A DNA stretch of 63,145 bases, the filler included, from Octopus bimaculoides (lineage: Eukaryota): assembly GCF_001194135.2 (NCBI RefSeq). It is 6 parts of 6 records of this genome, joined end to end, with 100 filler letters (N's around TTAATTAATTAA, not from the genome) between each part and the next. Parts side by side here need not be neighbours in the genome. Positions count along the whole stretch, not along the records: positions 35,777 to 40,030 come from NC_068983.1; positions 40,131 to 43,816 come from NW_026332610.1; positions 43,917 to 60,841 come from NW_026371378.1; 3 more parts are not named here. One strand, written 5' to 3'. Under the pieces are notes generated by a model. It worked only from the letters and a program-made list of their open reading frames with translations. It made no database searches and was not told the origin of the DNA. Shown here in pieces: positions 37,530 through 51,227 of this stretch (positions are counted from its first letter, which is position 1; each line of letters begins with the position of its first letter). A program made the translations under genes and the position numbers.

Positions 37530-37800
37530 GTTCGATTCCCGGCGGAGCGTTTTATCCTTGAAAAAGACACTATATTTCACGTTAACCCAGTCGACTCGGC
37601 TGGCAAAAATGACTCATGCTTTTAATTCAAAGGGTCAGTCTTGTCACGTTCGGTATCATGCTGAATTTTCTTCACAACTACGTTAATGGTTCACGTGACT
37701 GTGGAGTGCTCAGCCACTTGCAGGTTAGTTTCATGAGGTGACTATTCCGTTGATGAAATACCAAGAGCCATCTTCGTCGTTACCGACGGAGTGCCAGCTT
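37530..37800 (+). mobile_element. SINE family F
   Basis: B-box GAGTTCGATTCC. Core shared with 26045-26300. Confidence 0.7.
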
Positions 37801-39248
37801 TATTCTAAGCTATTACCTAAAAAAGAGGGACTAATTTTACAACGAGATAACGTCCAGGAATATAATATTAAATATTAAAGACTAAGTAAAAAAGCGACAT
37901 GTTGATAATCTAGAAAATGAATATTGCAAAAATAATCATATTTATTATGTTATAGAAAATAAGTATTGGAGAATTACATTCGTGATACGCTTCAAGTAAC
38001 ATCGTGACATAATGTGACATGAAATACAGGTCTAGCTTCCCCCATGAGACTCTGAGTTACAAACTACCAATGAAAAGGGAGCCAATTTGGCAGAATACAC
38101 ATGTGTGTGTGTGTGTGTGTGTGAATGCGTTAATTTATGCACGTGTGTATGTGTGTGTATGTTGTATGTAGAAATATGTGTTTGTGTGTTTCCTTTTCTC
38201 CTACATTTTGTATATCATAACATTAAAATCAATAGAAACATGTTTATAAGGAGCAACAGAGGGAGAAGAGGGTGGAGGAGAGAAGGGAAATAGTGAAGTA
38301 ATATACATACACACACACATAAATCTTTTAAAAATATACGCTGTTAAAGATATAAATATTATATAAATATATATATATATATATATATGTATGCATATGC
38401 ACACACACACTTATATATATACACACAAATATATATACATATCTATATATATCAGTANNNNNNNNNNNNNNNNNNNNNNNNNNNNNNNNNNNNNNNNNNN
38501 NNNNNNNNNNNNNNNNNNNNNNNNNNNNNNNNNNNNNNNNNNNNNNNNNNNNNNNNNNNNNNNNNNNNNNNNNNNNNNNNATATATATATATATATATAT
38601 ATACATTTCTCTGTGTGTGTTTATATATGTATATGTATGTATATATGTACATATATAGATATATATTTGTGTATTACATATATATATCTGTCTATAAATT
38701 ACGTACGCATATGCATACTTACATATAAACACACACACGTTCATTTACTAAGGATGAAAGAGAGAGAGAGAACGTGTATGGGAAAGGCAAGGAGTAATGA
38801 GTGAGTGAGAGATTATAAAATTGGTTCATATGACAAGAATATAAGATTGGATTTTTATATAAGTTATATAATTATTTCTATAAATTTTCATTTCCGAAGC
38901 CATCGTAAGTGAGATTAATTTTTGTAATGAGATTTCTTCAGAACATTTTCTTGAAACCAAGTACACTTGTTTCTAATAAATTTTCACAGGCAGCGAGGCA
39001 ATATCTTCAAGAAGCAAACATACCTATGTAGATAACTATATTTTCCTTTGTGTGTGTGTGCGCTCGCAAATGTATGTGAGTGATGTGTGTCTATATATTC
39101 GTATCAAAGTTGCGATTACTCCGTTGGGATTTGAGCATTCCATTCCACAAGACCTCGTTATCACCCAATACATGCGCACATACACACATGCAAATAGATA
39201 TACATGCACATACTGTGTGTGCATGTGTGTGTGTGCGTGTGTGCACTT

Positions 39249-39457
39249 AAGATGGGTGCTGAAATTTCTAAGCTTTAGGTAACAGGAAACACAGGAGGAT
39301 CACATAATTATGATATTAATCCACATATAACCCTCACAGATACACGCACCTATTGCAGCAGTCATTCAGTTTTCTAGGCCCTGTAAAAGAACTCAGTAGT
39401 TAGGCCCTCCAACCAGGCCCTTCGTGATACACTTAACGTCGTGTATATTGATCTCAA
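39249..39457. mobile_element. mariner-derived MITE, degenerate
   Basis: Colinear with 44268-44474. Confidence 0.6.
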
Positions 39458-40189
39458 TATTATGACACACAGAATAAATGTAGTAGAAAAGGAAACACAC
39501 ACAATCATGCTCTTAAAATTTGCACCACAGCCTCGTATATACATAGATAGTAATGAAATAATAAATGGAGAATTCCAAAACATTGCTATAGTCGTTTCAA
39601 TGCCTTGGTCATTTAGTCAACAATGCATGATATAATATCACATTAACTGATTTTGTATTGTTGTATGTCCTCACTAATTTATCGGACTATATACACCCAT
39701 TTACAGTAACATCAAATCAAAGTGTAATTTCATTTGATGTTGCTTGATAATTCGGTATTACGTAATATCCTCTAATAATACACATTGTTGGACAAATGCC
39801 CAAGGTGTTGAAATGCGTGTAGCTTCAATTAGATATATAAGCATTTGAGCTTCATTCTTTGTGTGTTCTATGGCTGCGCGTTTGTATGCGCGTGTGTGTG
39901 TGTATGTGTGTATACGTGTATACGTGTATGCATGTATATACATGCATACACGTATATTGCAACAATATATATGAATGCACGCATATAGGAAGGAGATATA
40001 TATATATATATAATATAAATAATATATATANNNNNNNNNNNNNNNNNNNNNNNNNNNNNNNNNNNNNNNNNNNNTTAATTAATTAANNNNNNNNNNNNNN
40101 NNNNNNNNNNNNNNNNNNNNNNNNNNNNNNTACCATTTCACTGTGTTACTATTTCACTCTATTACCATTTCACTTTGTTACCGTTTTAG

Positions 40190-40326
40190 GCCCATCCTCA
40201 TCCTATCACGAATTGGTCTGCTGGAGTGCTTGAAATGTTTAAGATACCTAATGTAATGGATCAACATGTTCCAAACCAACCAACAGACTACTACACTTGC
40301 CAATTCAAAATCAGCAAAATTGATAA
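40190..40326 (+). CDS. Internal coding exon of an anoctamin/TMEM16 gene, ANO7-like (phase 0 to phase 2)
   Basis: Acceptor ctttgttaccgttttag, donor GTAAGT, 137 nt. Encodes AHPHPITNWSAGVLEMFKIPNVMDQHVPNQPTDYYTCQFKISKID(K). This aligns without gaps to recalled human ANO7 ELPNQASNWSAGLLAWLGIPNVLLEVVPDVPPEYYSCRFRVNKLPR (19 of 46 identical). Confidence 0.88.
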
Positions 40327-40397
40327 GTAAGTCTCAAACCCACCACATTACATAATTTTCCCACTACTTCTGTTAAAAAGTTGAAATACTTATATAA

Positions 40398-40435
<38 letters not shown>

Positions 40436-40911
40436 ATAAAATGACAGAGAAATGGTTTGATGAAATTTTATTTAACAATAAGAAAATTCTAATATCACAA
40501 CAAATTGTTTCGTAACTTAAAAACATGTGAATAATTTATATTATCATATTTGATAATAAATAAATTACTTTCTTTCACCTGAGGACATAGCTTAAATTCT
40601 GCATTATTTTGCAGAATGTTTTTCCATCTTGCATTAGTGCCAGTTTGTAAGTAATTTATTTATTATTAAATATAATGATATAAATTACTTGCATGATTTT
40701 AAGTTACGAAACAATTTGTCCTGATAGCTATTTCTCTGTCATTTATGACTTTATACACTCCTTATCGTTTCCTCTTGCATCGTATTATACATTCTATATG
40801 TTTTGGAGAGTGATACAGGAAGGAGCTTTTTTTTATGAGTATTACCAGATTATTTGAATCTATAAACTGTAAGTTAAGCATATATATACATATATATATG
40901 TATGTATGTAT

Positions 40912-41238
40912 AAGCACAGGAGTGGCTGTATTGTAAGTAGCTTGCTTACTAACCACATGGTTCCAGGTTCTGTCTCACTGCGTAACACCTTGGGCAAGTG
41001 TCTTATGCTATAGCCTCGGGCCGACCAAAGCCTTGTGAGTGGATTTGGTAGATGGAAACTTGAAGAAGCCCGTTGTATATGTGTGTGTGTGTGTACTTGT
41101 GTATATGTTTGTGTGTCTGTGTTTGCCCCCCCCCTCCCCCCAACATTGCTTGACAACCGATGCTGGTGTGTTTATGTCCCCGTAACTTAGTGGTTCGGCA
41201 AAAAAATGAGACTGATAGAATAAGTACTAGGCTTACAA
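40912..41238 (+). mobile_element. SINE family B, truncated by a gap
   Basis: Head GGAGTGGCTG..GGTTCCAGGTTC..GGGCAAGTG and an internal (TG)n. Confidence 0.8.
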
Positions 41239-41572
41239 NNNNNNNNNNNNNNNNNNNNNNNNNNNNNNNNNNNNNNNNNNNNNNNNNNNNNNNNNNNNNN
41301 NNNNNNNNNNNNNNNNNNNNNNNNNNNNNNNNNNNNNNNNNNNNNNNNNNNNNNNNNNNNNNNNNNNNNNNNNNNNNNNNNNNNNNNNNNNNNNNNNNNN
41401 NNNNNNNNNNNNNNNNNNNNNNNNNNNNNNNNNNNNNNNNNNNNNNNNNNNNNNNNNNNNNNNNNNNNNNNNNNNNNNNNNNNNNNNNNNNNNNNNNNNN
41501 NNNNNNNNNNNNNNNNNNNNNNNNNNNNNNNNNNNNNNNNNNNNNNNNNNNNNNNNNNNNNNNNNNNNNNNN

Positions 41573-41614
<42 letters not shown>

Positions 41615-41617
<3 letters not shown>

Positions 41618-41744
41618 GTGTATCCATGAAGTCTGGGTACAAGGGGATTAACACATACTTTAAGAAATTGTTAATTCTTATAGTTAATTGTTTGTGTTAT
41701 GATTTTATTTACTCCATGTACCCAGTCTTTGTGGACACCCTGTA
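41615..41744. mobile_element. Tc1-type MITE
   Basis: ~27-bp TIRs ACAGTGTATCCATGAAGTCTGGGTACA and TGTACCCAGTCTTTGTGGACACCCTGT in a TA context. Confidence 0.7.
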
Positions 41745-42149
41745 TAGATAGATAGATAGGTGGGTACTGTACAAGCACCCTGTTATAATCCGGGTTTTGG
41801 CTAATCGCATTGTAAGAAGTACCTTGGATTACTTAAGGTAAGCAATCCTAGTTTGCTTCAGATCACACCTGTGGATGGATCCTGAGTAAAGTTGTACAGA
41901 CTGATAACCAGTTGCAATTGCATTTGCATGCAGCAAATGCAATTGCGAGATGTCCATGCAGCAGAAATGTGCTTCAGACAAATTTAAGCGTAAAATGTGC
42001 ACTCGTACTAATCTCTGTATTCACTATAATCCACTATAATTATCCATTAATGATATATATATATATATATATGTGTGCGTGTGTGTGTATAATAAATATG
42101 AAGTATATATATATATTTATTTATTTATCTATTTATTTATTTATTTATT

Positions 42150-42370
42150 GCCCATTAGGGGCTAAACATAGAGGGGACAAATAAGGACAGACAAAAGGAT
42201 GAAGTCGATTATATCAAACCCTGTGCGTTACTAGTACTTATTTAATCGACCCCAAAAGGATGAAAGGCAATGTCGACCTCGGCGGAATTTGAATTCATAA
42301 TGTAACAGCAGACGAAATACCGCTAAGCATTTCACCCAATGTGCTAACGATTCTGCCAGCTCACCGCCCT
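42150..42370 (-). mobile_element. SINE family A
   Basis: Reverse complement of 33220-33430. Confidence 0.75.
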
Positions 42371-42424
42371 GTCTGTCTGCCTATCTATCTATTTATTTAT
42401 ATATATATATATATATATAGGATT

Positions 42425-42720
42425 TTCGAGCGAGATCGTTGCCAGTGCCCCTGGACTGGCTTTTGTGTGGGTGGCATATAAAATACACCATTTTGAGCGT
42501 GGCCGTTGCCAGTTCTGCCTGACTGGCCTTCATGCTGGTGACACGTAAAAGCACCCACTACATTCTCGGAGTGGTTGGCATTAGGAAGGGCATCCAGCTG
42601 TAGAAATTCTGCCAAATCAGATTGGAGCCTGGTGTAGCCATCTGGTTTCACCAGTCCTCAATCAAATCGTCCAACCCATGCTAGCATGGAAAGTGGACGT
42701 TAAACGATGATGATGATGGT
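42425..42720 (+). mobile_element. SINE-like repeat, AGGAAGGGCATCC family
   Basis: Near-identical to 43965-44185. Confidence 0.8.
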
Positions 42721-43964
42721 GATATATATATATATATANNNNNNNNNNNNNNNNNNNNNNNNNNNNNNNNNNNNNNNNNNNNNNNNNNNNNNNNNNNNNN
42801 NNNNNNNNNNNNNNNNNNNNNNNNNNNNNNNNNNNNNNNNNNNNNNNNNNNNNNNNNNNNNNNNNNNNNNNNNNNNNNNNNNNNNNNNNNNNNNNNNNNN
42901 NNNNNNNNNNNNNNNNNNNNNNNNNNNNNNNNNNNNNNNNNNNNNNNNNNNNNNNNNNNNNNNNNNNNNNNNNNNNNNNNNNNNNNNNNNNNNNNNNNNN
43001 NNNNNNNNNNNNNNNNNNNNNNNNNNNNNNNNNNNNNNNNNNNNNNNNNNNNNNNNNNNNNNNNNNNNNNNNNNNNNNNNNNNNNNNNNNNNNNNNNNNN
43101 NNNNNNNNNNNNNNNNNNNNNNNNNACAGAGAGGAGACCTTTGACAGGACTCCTTACATGCTAGAAAGGGCAGTTAAAACCCAAACCATGAAAAGAAAAA
43201 AAGAATTCATGAGGCACGCTGACCTTTATATTTTTAAAAAATATGTTATGTCTTATGAATTTTATTTATGCATGCTAACGACTGGTAATAAATTATCTTG
43301 GGATAATTATCCCCTTATACAGCACAGCTAATTAGCACTTTAATAGGGCCTCAGGAATATAAAACCAAGATTTAAGATTTACGCTCTCTTTTAGTCTTTT
43401 ACTTGTTTCAGTCATTTGACTGCGGCCATACTGGAGCGCCACCTTTAGTCAAGCAAGTATAGATGATCGTTATGGTTGGAATTAACCTATATCATATCGA
43501 AACAGCCATCAGACTTTGCACTTGCTCAAGATTCCTTTTAAAATCATTTTATCCCAACTTTCTCATCTATTTAGTTTACCGTGATACATTCACCATCCGC
43601 ATATTTTAATATCCTCATTGATATTAATACGGACATACAACCTCACAAGTACATTTATGTATTTTTATATATTTATATATGTATAAATTTTTATATTATA
43701 TCTTGTGTATACGAATGCACCTATGTGTGCTGTGGAGTATTCCGATGCTTTGAAATATACTGAGTAAATATGAATACTGACCTTTGAAATTTGACATCCG
43801 AAACACAGAGTTTTATNNNNNNNNNNNNNNNNNNNNNNNNNNNNNNNNNNNNNNNNNNNNTTAATTAATTAANNNNNNNNNNNNNNNNNNNNNNNNNNNN
43901 NNNNNNNNNNNNNNNNTATATATATAAATAAATATATATATATATATATATATATTTTGAGCGT

Positions 43965-44185
43965 GGCCGTTGCCAGTACCGCCTGACTGGCCCTCGTGCG
44001 GGTGACATGTAAAAGCACCCACTACACTCTCGGAGTGGTTGGCGTTAGGAAGGGCATCCAGCTGTAGAAACTCTGCCAAATCGGATTGGAGCCTGGTGTA
44101 GCCATCTGGTTTCACCAGTCCTCAGTCAAATTGTCCAACCCATGCTAGCATGGAAAGCGGACGTTAAACGATGATGATGATGATG
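43965..44185 (+). mobile_element. SINE-like repeat, AGGAAGGGCATCC family
   Basis: Near-identical to 42490-42720. Confidence 0.8.
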
Positions 44186-44267
44186 ACACACACACACACA
44201 TATATTAAACATATACATACATATATATGTTAATGTTTGTTTTTCTGGTGGATTACTCTGTAATTTA

Positions 44268-44474
44268 GTGAAAAGTTCCTGGCTTTGGGTAAAAGAAAAT
44301 ACAGGAGGACCAGTTAATTATGATTTTATTCAACATATTCCCCTCTCAGATTCACTCACTCAATGCAGCAGTCCTTCAGTTTCTCTAAGTCCTGTAAAAG
44401 AGCTCGGGAGGTCGAACCTCCAACCAGGCCTCTTGGGATGCCCTTAAAGCCAAGAACTTTTCTGCACCTCCTTA
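44268..44474 (-). mobile_element. mariner-derived MITE
   Basis: TIRs GTGAAAAGTTCCTGGCTTT and AAAGCCAAGAACTTTTCTGCAC. The minus strand retains ..NLRGEYVE*, like a mariner transposase C-terminus. Confidence 0.7.
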
Positions 44475-44494
44475 TATGATATGTATATATATGT

Positions 44495-44790
44495 TTACAA
44501 GCCGTGTTTGAGGACCAGTTACTGCAACAGCCTGGGTTTCAAGGGCCCATAGCTTTTTAATATTCTCCCAAAGAGCCTGAAAGATCCCCACAAAGTGGGT
44601 GTGGGTGTTTTTTAACCGAAACTGGAACTACCTCATGGCAGGAGATGTAAATGAGGGCAGCAACATCAAGCTTCTTAATTCACCAAATGTCACATATGAG
44701 GGGAGGCTCTCAGTAATAACAATGTAGCAAAACGACGGTGCCCCAGCATGGCCAAAGCCTTGAGCTGAAACCGATAAAAGATAAAAGAGA
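44495..44790 (+). mobile_element. CR1-type LINE 3' end
   Basis: Reads YCNSLGFKGP*LFNILPKSLKD..VF*PKLE, followed by CGGTGCCCCAGCATGGCC..GCTGAAAC..(ATAAAAG)n. Confidence 0.65.
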
Positions 44791-45444
44791 AAGAAGCCTG
44801 TAAGTCTTCAAAAATGTCCCAGACATATAAATCTATGTTAAGACAATTCTAAATTTTAAAAAAAACACAAAAAGACAAACCAAACATCCATAATTTTGGT
44901 AAATTTGGTGCCATAAATTCTTAATGAGTGAATTCTTCTTAACGAATGATTGAGAACCATTCAATACCTAAACAAACTAATTATAATCTCTGGAAATATC
45001 ACCATCATAACCACCATTGTTTGATATCCACTTTTCCATGCTGGCATGGGTTGGACAGTTTAACAAAGACTTGGAAAGACTATGGATGTGTGTCGTGTTC
45101 TGTTTTGGTTTGGTTTCTACAGCTGGATGCCTTTGTGAAAATCTTCACAAACAGGTGCAGGAGTGGCTGTGTGGTAAGTAGTTTGCTTCCCAACCACATG
45201 GTTCTGGGTTCAACCTCGCTACGTGACATCTTCGACAAGTGTCTTCTACTATAACACGAGGAGACAGAAATGTACCTGATAAATAGATATACAGATACAC
45301 ATATATTTATATACATATATATGTGTGTATATAGATATGTGTGTGTGTGTGTATATATATATTGATATATAACATACATACATGCACATACCAATATGTT
45401 TATATATATATATATATATCTATATATATATGTATACATATGTA

Positions 45445-45477
<33 letters not shown>

Positions 45478-46124
45478 NNNNNNNNNNNNNNNNNNNNNNN
45501 NNNNNNNNNNNNNNNNNNNNNNNNNNNNNNNNNNNNNNNNNNNNNNNNNNNNNNNNNNNNNNNNNNNNNNNNNNNNNNNNNNNNNNNNNNNNNNNNNNNN
45601 NNNNNNNNNNNNNNNNNNNNNNNNNNNNNNNNNNNNNNNNNNNNNNNNNNNNNNNNNNNNNNNNNNNNNNNNNNNNATATATATATATATATAGTGTTTT
45701 TGTAAATAAGATCTAAAATGAAATGCATTTATTGTTGTCGAATGTCTTGTGTTTATTTCTAAATATTTTTGTGTTAAATTTAAGTGGAACGCAATTATGA
45801 CACCAGATAATAACTTTCAGATTCAACAGAAATAAACAACATCCTTCCAGATTCATTTTATTGGCGACTTTCAATGCAATTACAAAGTGGTTTTTATTTT
45901 AACAGAGATGACAGTCACTCACCCCTCCTCCTCCTTTTTCTTTGCAGTCGTCCACTTCCGGCATGACATTACAAACTATATACACATTACAAACTATATA
46001 CACAGGTATGGCTATGTGTTAAGAAGGTTACTTCTCACCCATAAGGTTCAGGGTTTGTTTAAATGTTTTCTGTTACAGCTTTGGGCTGATAAAAACCTTG
46101 AAAGTGGACTTAATACATGGAACT

Positions 46125-46312
46125 GAAAGAAGCTCATTGTATGGCACCCCTGCTGGCAACATGTAAAGTACCCCTTAAACTCTCGGAGTGGTTGGCGTTA
46201 GGAAGGGCATCCAGCTGTAGAAAACCATGCCAAATCAGACAGGTAATCTGGAGCAGTGTTCCAGCCTTGGTCAAACCGTCCAACATGGACAACGGTCACT
46301 AAATGATGATGA
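46125..46312 (+). mobile_element. SINE-like repeat, AGGAAGGGCATCC family
   Basis: CTCTCGGAGTGGTTGGCGTTAGGAAGGGCATCCAGCTGTAGAAA. Confidence 0.7.
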
Positions 46313-47004
46313 CATATCTTAATCAAAGGGTGCAGTATAATATGTCCATTACGGCCAATCTTGCCGATCAGTTTCGCACTAGGGGTAAAACGGAGTGTTA
46401 GGTAATAGTCTGATTATGTAACCCTGAGCTCTTCAGAGATGGCAGTTGTGGAATGAATTAGGGTGACTGCTGTCTCTAATTGGAGGTGAACAGACACATC
46501 TGGTTTGTTGTTCTGTGAAAGGGAACTGAGCAAGTACCAGTGAAACACTGGGGGTCGATGTAATCAACTTGTTCCCTCCCACAGTATTTCAGGCCTTGTG
46601 CTTTTATTAGGAAGGATTATTATTATTATTATTATTATTAATGGCCTCGTTGTTTTTCTGGATGAAAAATTCCACCCACACAGCTTCTTGTTTCCTCATA
46701 AGGTCTGTCTTTGTATTGTCCGAGATTTGAGCATCTCTGGCCAGTTATAGAAATTACTATCAGATCATCTTCAGCATCGTCATCATCACCGTGATTACTG
46801 TCATCACTGTTCCCATCGCCGAAATCATCGTCATCATCAGCATCATCAATACCACCATTACCACCTCCACCACCACCACCACCAGCACACCAAGCAGTGC
46901 ACAGACATTCCTTCTCATCAGATGTCAACCAAAGACAAGAGAAATGCATTGTGGCTTCTACCATTTCCGGTTGAGTCACTTCCTGAACAGAATTTCACAG
47001 AAAT

Positions 47005-47039
<35 letters not shown>

Positions 47040-47513
47040 CACATATATAAATACATGTCTAAAGATATACAGATGTATATTTGTGTGTGTTTGTATATGT
47101 ATACATAGGTGCACACACACACACAAAGAAATACGCCAGCTTCCGACAACGCCCAAGTGAAACCACAACTATTCGTGTCACGGACATATGTATGCCATTA
47201 CAAACTTACATCCATATGCCGACATAGTTTCAAACACACATATATACATCATTAAATCCATACACACGCAAGCGTAGAAGTGGCTGTGTGCTCAGGTTCA
47301 ATCCCACTGTGTGGCATCTTTGGCAAGTGTCTTCTACTATAGCGTCAGGCCAACTGAAGCCATATGAGTGAATTTGTTAGCTGGAAACTGTGTGCATGAA
47401 TATGTTTATGTAAATATACATGCATACGTGTGTGTGAGTATGTATATGTATATCTATAATTATCTATCTCCCTCTCACTCCCTCTCTCACTCTCTTTCTC
47501 TATATACGTATAA

Positions 47514-47546
<33 letters not shown>

Positions 47547-47576
47547 GTCTCCTTTATAGAGACTTAGAAATAAAAA

Positions 47577-47648
<72 letters not shown>

Positions 47649-48686
47649 TATACACACACATATATAGACATACATATTTCAAAACAATACACACACACAC
47701 ACACACATAATATCCCTGCACACAAAGAAATAAAAATGGTGTCCAGTGTGAATTTAAAAAGAGAAGGAAGTAAATAGTTTGATTAAATATCGGCTAGACT
47801 TATAGCCTGAAGGGCACTTCTTTGTTTGTGTATATATATATGTGTATATATATATGTGTATGTGTGTTGTTTATAACTACCATGAGACATTTTCCACTCT
47901 CTTGTAACGGTCCCTCTGTAATTCTATTCCCCTCTCCAATGCTCTTTGTCATAAAGTTTCACGTGAATACAAATAGTCTGATCGGATGGTTTCATATTCT
48001 GTAATAATAAATGCAATGTTCCTTTATCCAAATTGTTCTCAGTCCTCACTATTTCATTGGTTATCCCTGTCTCTCATTGCATGACTCCTCTGTAATAATA
48101 TTCATCCCTCAGTCAAACTGTCCAACCCATTCCAGCATGGAAAGGGGACGTTAAATGATGGTGATGATGATAATAAAGATATATATACATACATATATAT
48201 AATGGAGAAAGTATACAAAATGTATAAGTGGATGATAAGTAAAGCACTGGCACAGTTTCGATTCCCTGTTCTTATCCGTAGATTTATTGCAGGAACTTCG
48301 TAGTAGTGGTTGGGGTAACAGTATTAATAAAATAGGGGATGGAATGAGTAAAAGATTTTATTGGGTGCGAATATCTTGAGCACCACACTCTACCACAGAA
48401 TGTACCTGATGTTTGGTTTTGAATATTTTAGTGGAATATTTAAGAAATGGTGAGTGTATATATGTATGTTGGTGCGTGAGTGTGTGTTGTGTTTCTGTCG
48501 ATGAGGTTATGTGCTTTGCAAGTATTTATGTGTGTGTGTGTGTGTATATATATGTATATATATATATATATGTATATAAATGTGTGTATGTGTGTATATA
48601 TGTGTGTGTGTATGTAAGTCAGGTGTATGTCTATGCATTGTAAAATATACACACACACATACACACATATATATACATACACTTTC

Positions 48687-48779
<93 letters not shown>

Positions 48780-49066
48780 NNNNNNNNNNATTGTAAAATA
48801 TACACACACACATACACACATATATATACATACACTTTCATATATATATATATATATATACACACACATGTATATATGTGTGTATAATATGGTGATTAGT
48901 CACTATTGACACAGAGTGGTCAGTCACTGAAAATGTATTAGAGTCCTACAGAAAAGAGTCAATTAGCCTCACACACACATACACACACACACGTTCACAC
49001 GAGTGTGTGTGCGTGTACCTATACGTATATAGCTTTCTATGCACATGCATATATGTATATATTATT

Positions 49067-49115
<49 letters not shown>

Positions 49116-49125
49116 NNNNNNNNNN

Positions 49126-49179
<54 letters not shown>

Positions 49180-50342
49180 ATAGATAAATGTGTTATATAT
49201 ATAGGAGAGGGAGATGTGTTAATTTAGTGATATTGTCACATGAAACAGTTTTGTTGTCCTGACAGTCAGACGTGTGCGTAAGAAGGTAACCAGGAAAACC
49301 AAGGGGTTCGGGGTTCTAATGTCACTCCATGACATCTTGGGGCAAATGTCTTATTTTTTTAGCCCTGGGTTGACCCTGCCGACTTCATCCAATTAACAAC
49401 TCGTTTCTCATTTAACTTTTAATTCATTTTCAATGACCAGAATTTTACTGATTGCACAATATTTTGATAACAATTGTAATTAAATAGTTCTAATTAGGTC
49501 ACTGTGATTAACTGTGCTGTTGTTTAGACCCAGGTCAATCCTGATCCAGACAGACCTATGATCAAAGATGTTCCATCTGTGACCATCCCATCTTTTATTC
49601 AGTCATAGTGTATCTAGGACTACATCATCTAATGTATCGTATAATAGTATTAGTGGTTATAGTTGTTGTTGTGGTATATTAAGGCAGACACAGGGGCTCG
49701 GAACCGGTCTCCTCTCTCCAGATCACTTGGCATCATGTTGTTTCCTTAGCGACCTGTCAAGTTTGGAGAATTCTTCATTCTCGAGATTTATCTCTTCGTC
49801 TTCACTTTGAGATGCTTCCAATTGCTACGAACTGATTAGTTTACCATTCTTTGGAAGCAGAGATAATTTCACGAATATAAGCATTTATCTTGCTCTTAAT
49901 ATGTCTTTGTGTCTATGTATATATATAGCTGTATATATGTGTATGTGTGTGTCTGTGTGTGTGTGGGTGTATACATACACACACATATACATATATATAA
50001 ACTTATATAGATATATATATATATATATGTAAAACACATATAAACACAGTACTTTAACATATCAACACGTATACATATGCATACATATACATACATGCAT
50101 GCATACAGGTACGTGTGTGTGTGTGTATATACAATGCATGCTTATACATAGACTCGTAAATACACATATACAAATACAAGTGTACATATACACACATACA
50201 TACATTTACACATGAATATAAACATAATTATGTGTATATATATTTACATATATGTACACATACGCATGTATGTATAATTCCAATATTGGTGAGTTATCTA
50301 TATATCTGGATATCTATCTTCCAATCAATATATATATGATTG

Positions 50343-50400
<58 letters not shown>

Positions 50401-50410
50401 NNNNNNNNNN

Positions 50411-50456
<46 letters not shown>

Positions 50457-50696
50457 GTATGTATGTATATATAAATCTATAAATCTATATATTCAGATTC
50501 ATACACTTGCAGGATACATGTGTGTATATATATATATAAATATATATAAATATATATATGTATATACACTCATATTTTTCATGCTTGTTAACACTTCCCA
50601 TGCACTTATACACACATACTTATGTCTATATATACAGCTTTCTATATATGCATTTATATATGTCTACATATACATGTGTGTGTTTGTGCATGTGCT

Positions 50697-50728
<32 letters not shown>

Positions 50729-51190
50729 CACATACATGCAATTATTTATATATACAAACTTAGCTAAGCAAGCAAACACATTATTACACTATCTCATACT
50801 CAAACACACACTCGTATATATACATCTTTTACATAATACACATACATAGACACACACATATATCTATATATCTATATATATATATATGGTTGCATATCAA
50901 TTCCATTTAAAACTACAATACTGACATACACACACATACATACATATATCTATATATTTACCGACTCATGTATGTATGTGTGTGTGTGTGTGCCTATGTG
51001 TGTGTGTGTGTGTGTATGTGTGTGTGTGTGTATCGATCAAGGGAGCCAAAAAGAAAGGCAGGTGTGAAAGGGAGAAAGGGAGCTTTCTGCAATGCAATTA
51101 TCTCACTCAAACGAAACAACAGTTGCAACAACAGCAACAACAACAAGAACAACAACAACAACAAACTGGTAAATCTCTAAACATCTACTA

Positions 51191-51227
<37 letters not shown>

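Noticed and set aside
39645-39750. DFVLLY, resembling the anoctamin DFVLV(W/Y) motif
   Set aside because: There is an in-frame stop just upstream with no acceptor in between, and no further similarity.
48441-48458. 18-nt microexon with a GTGAGT donor
   Set aside because: Its translation does not fit the conserved FLGS continuation, and there is no other support.
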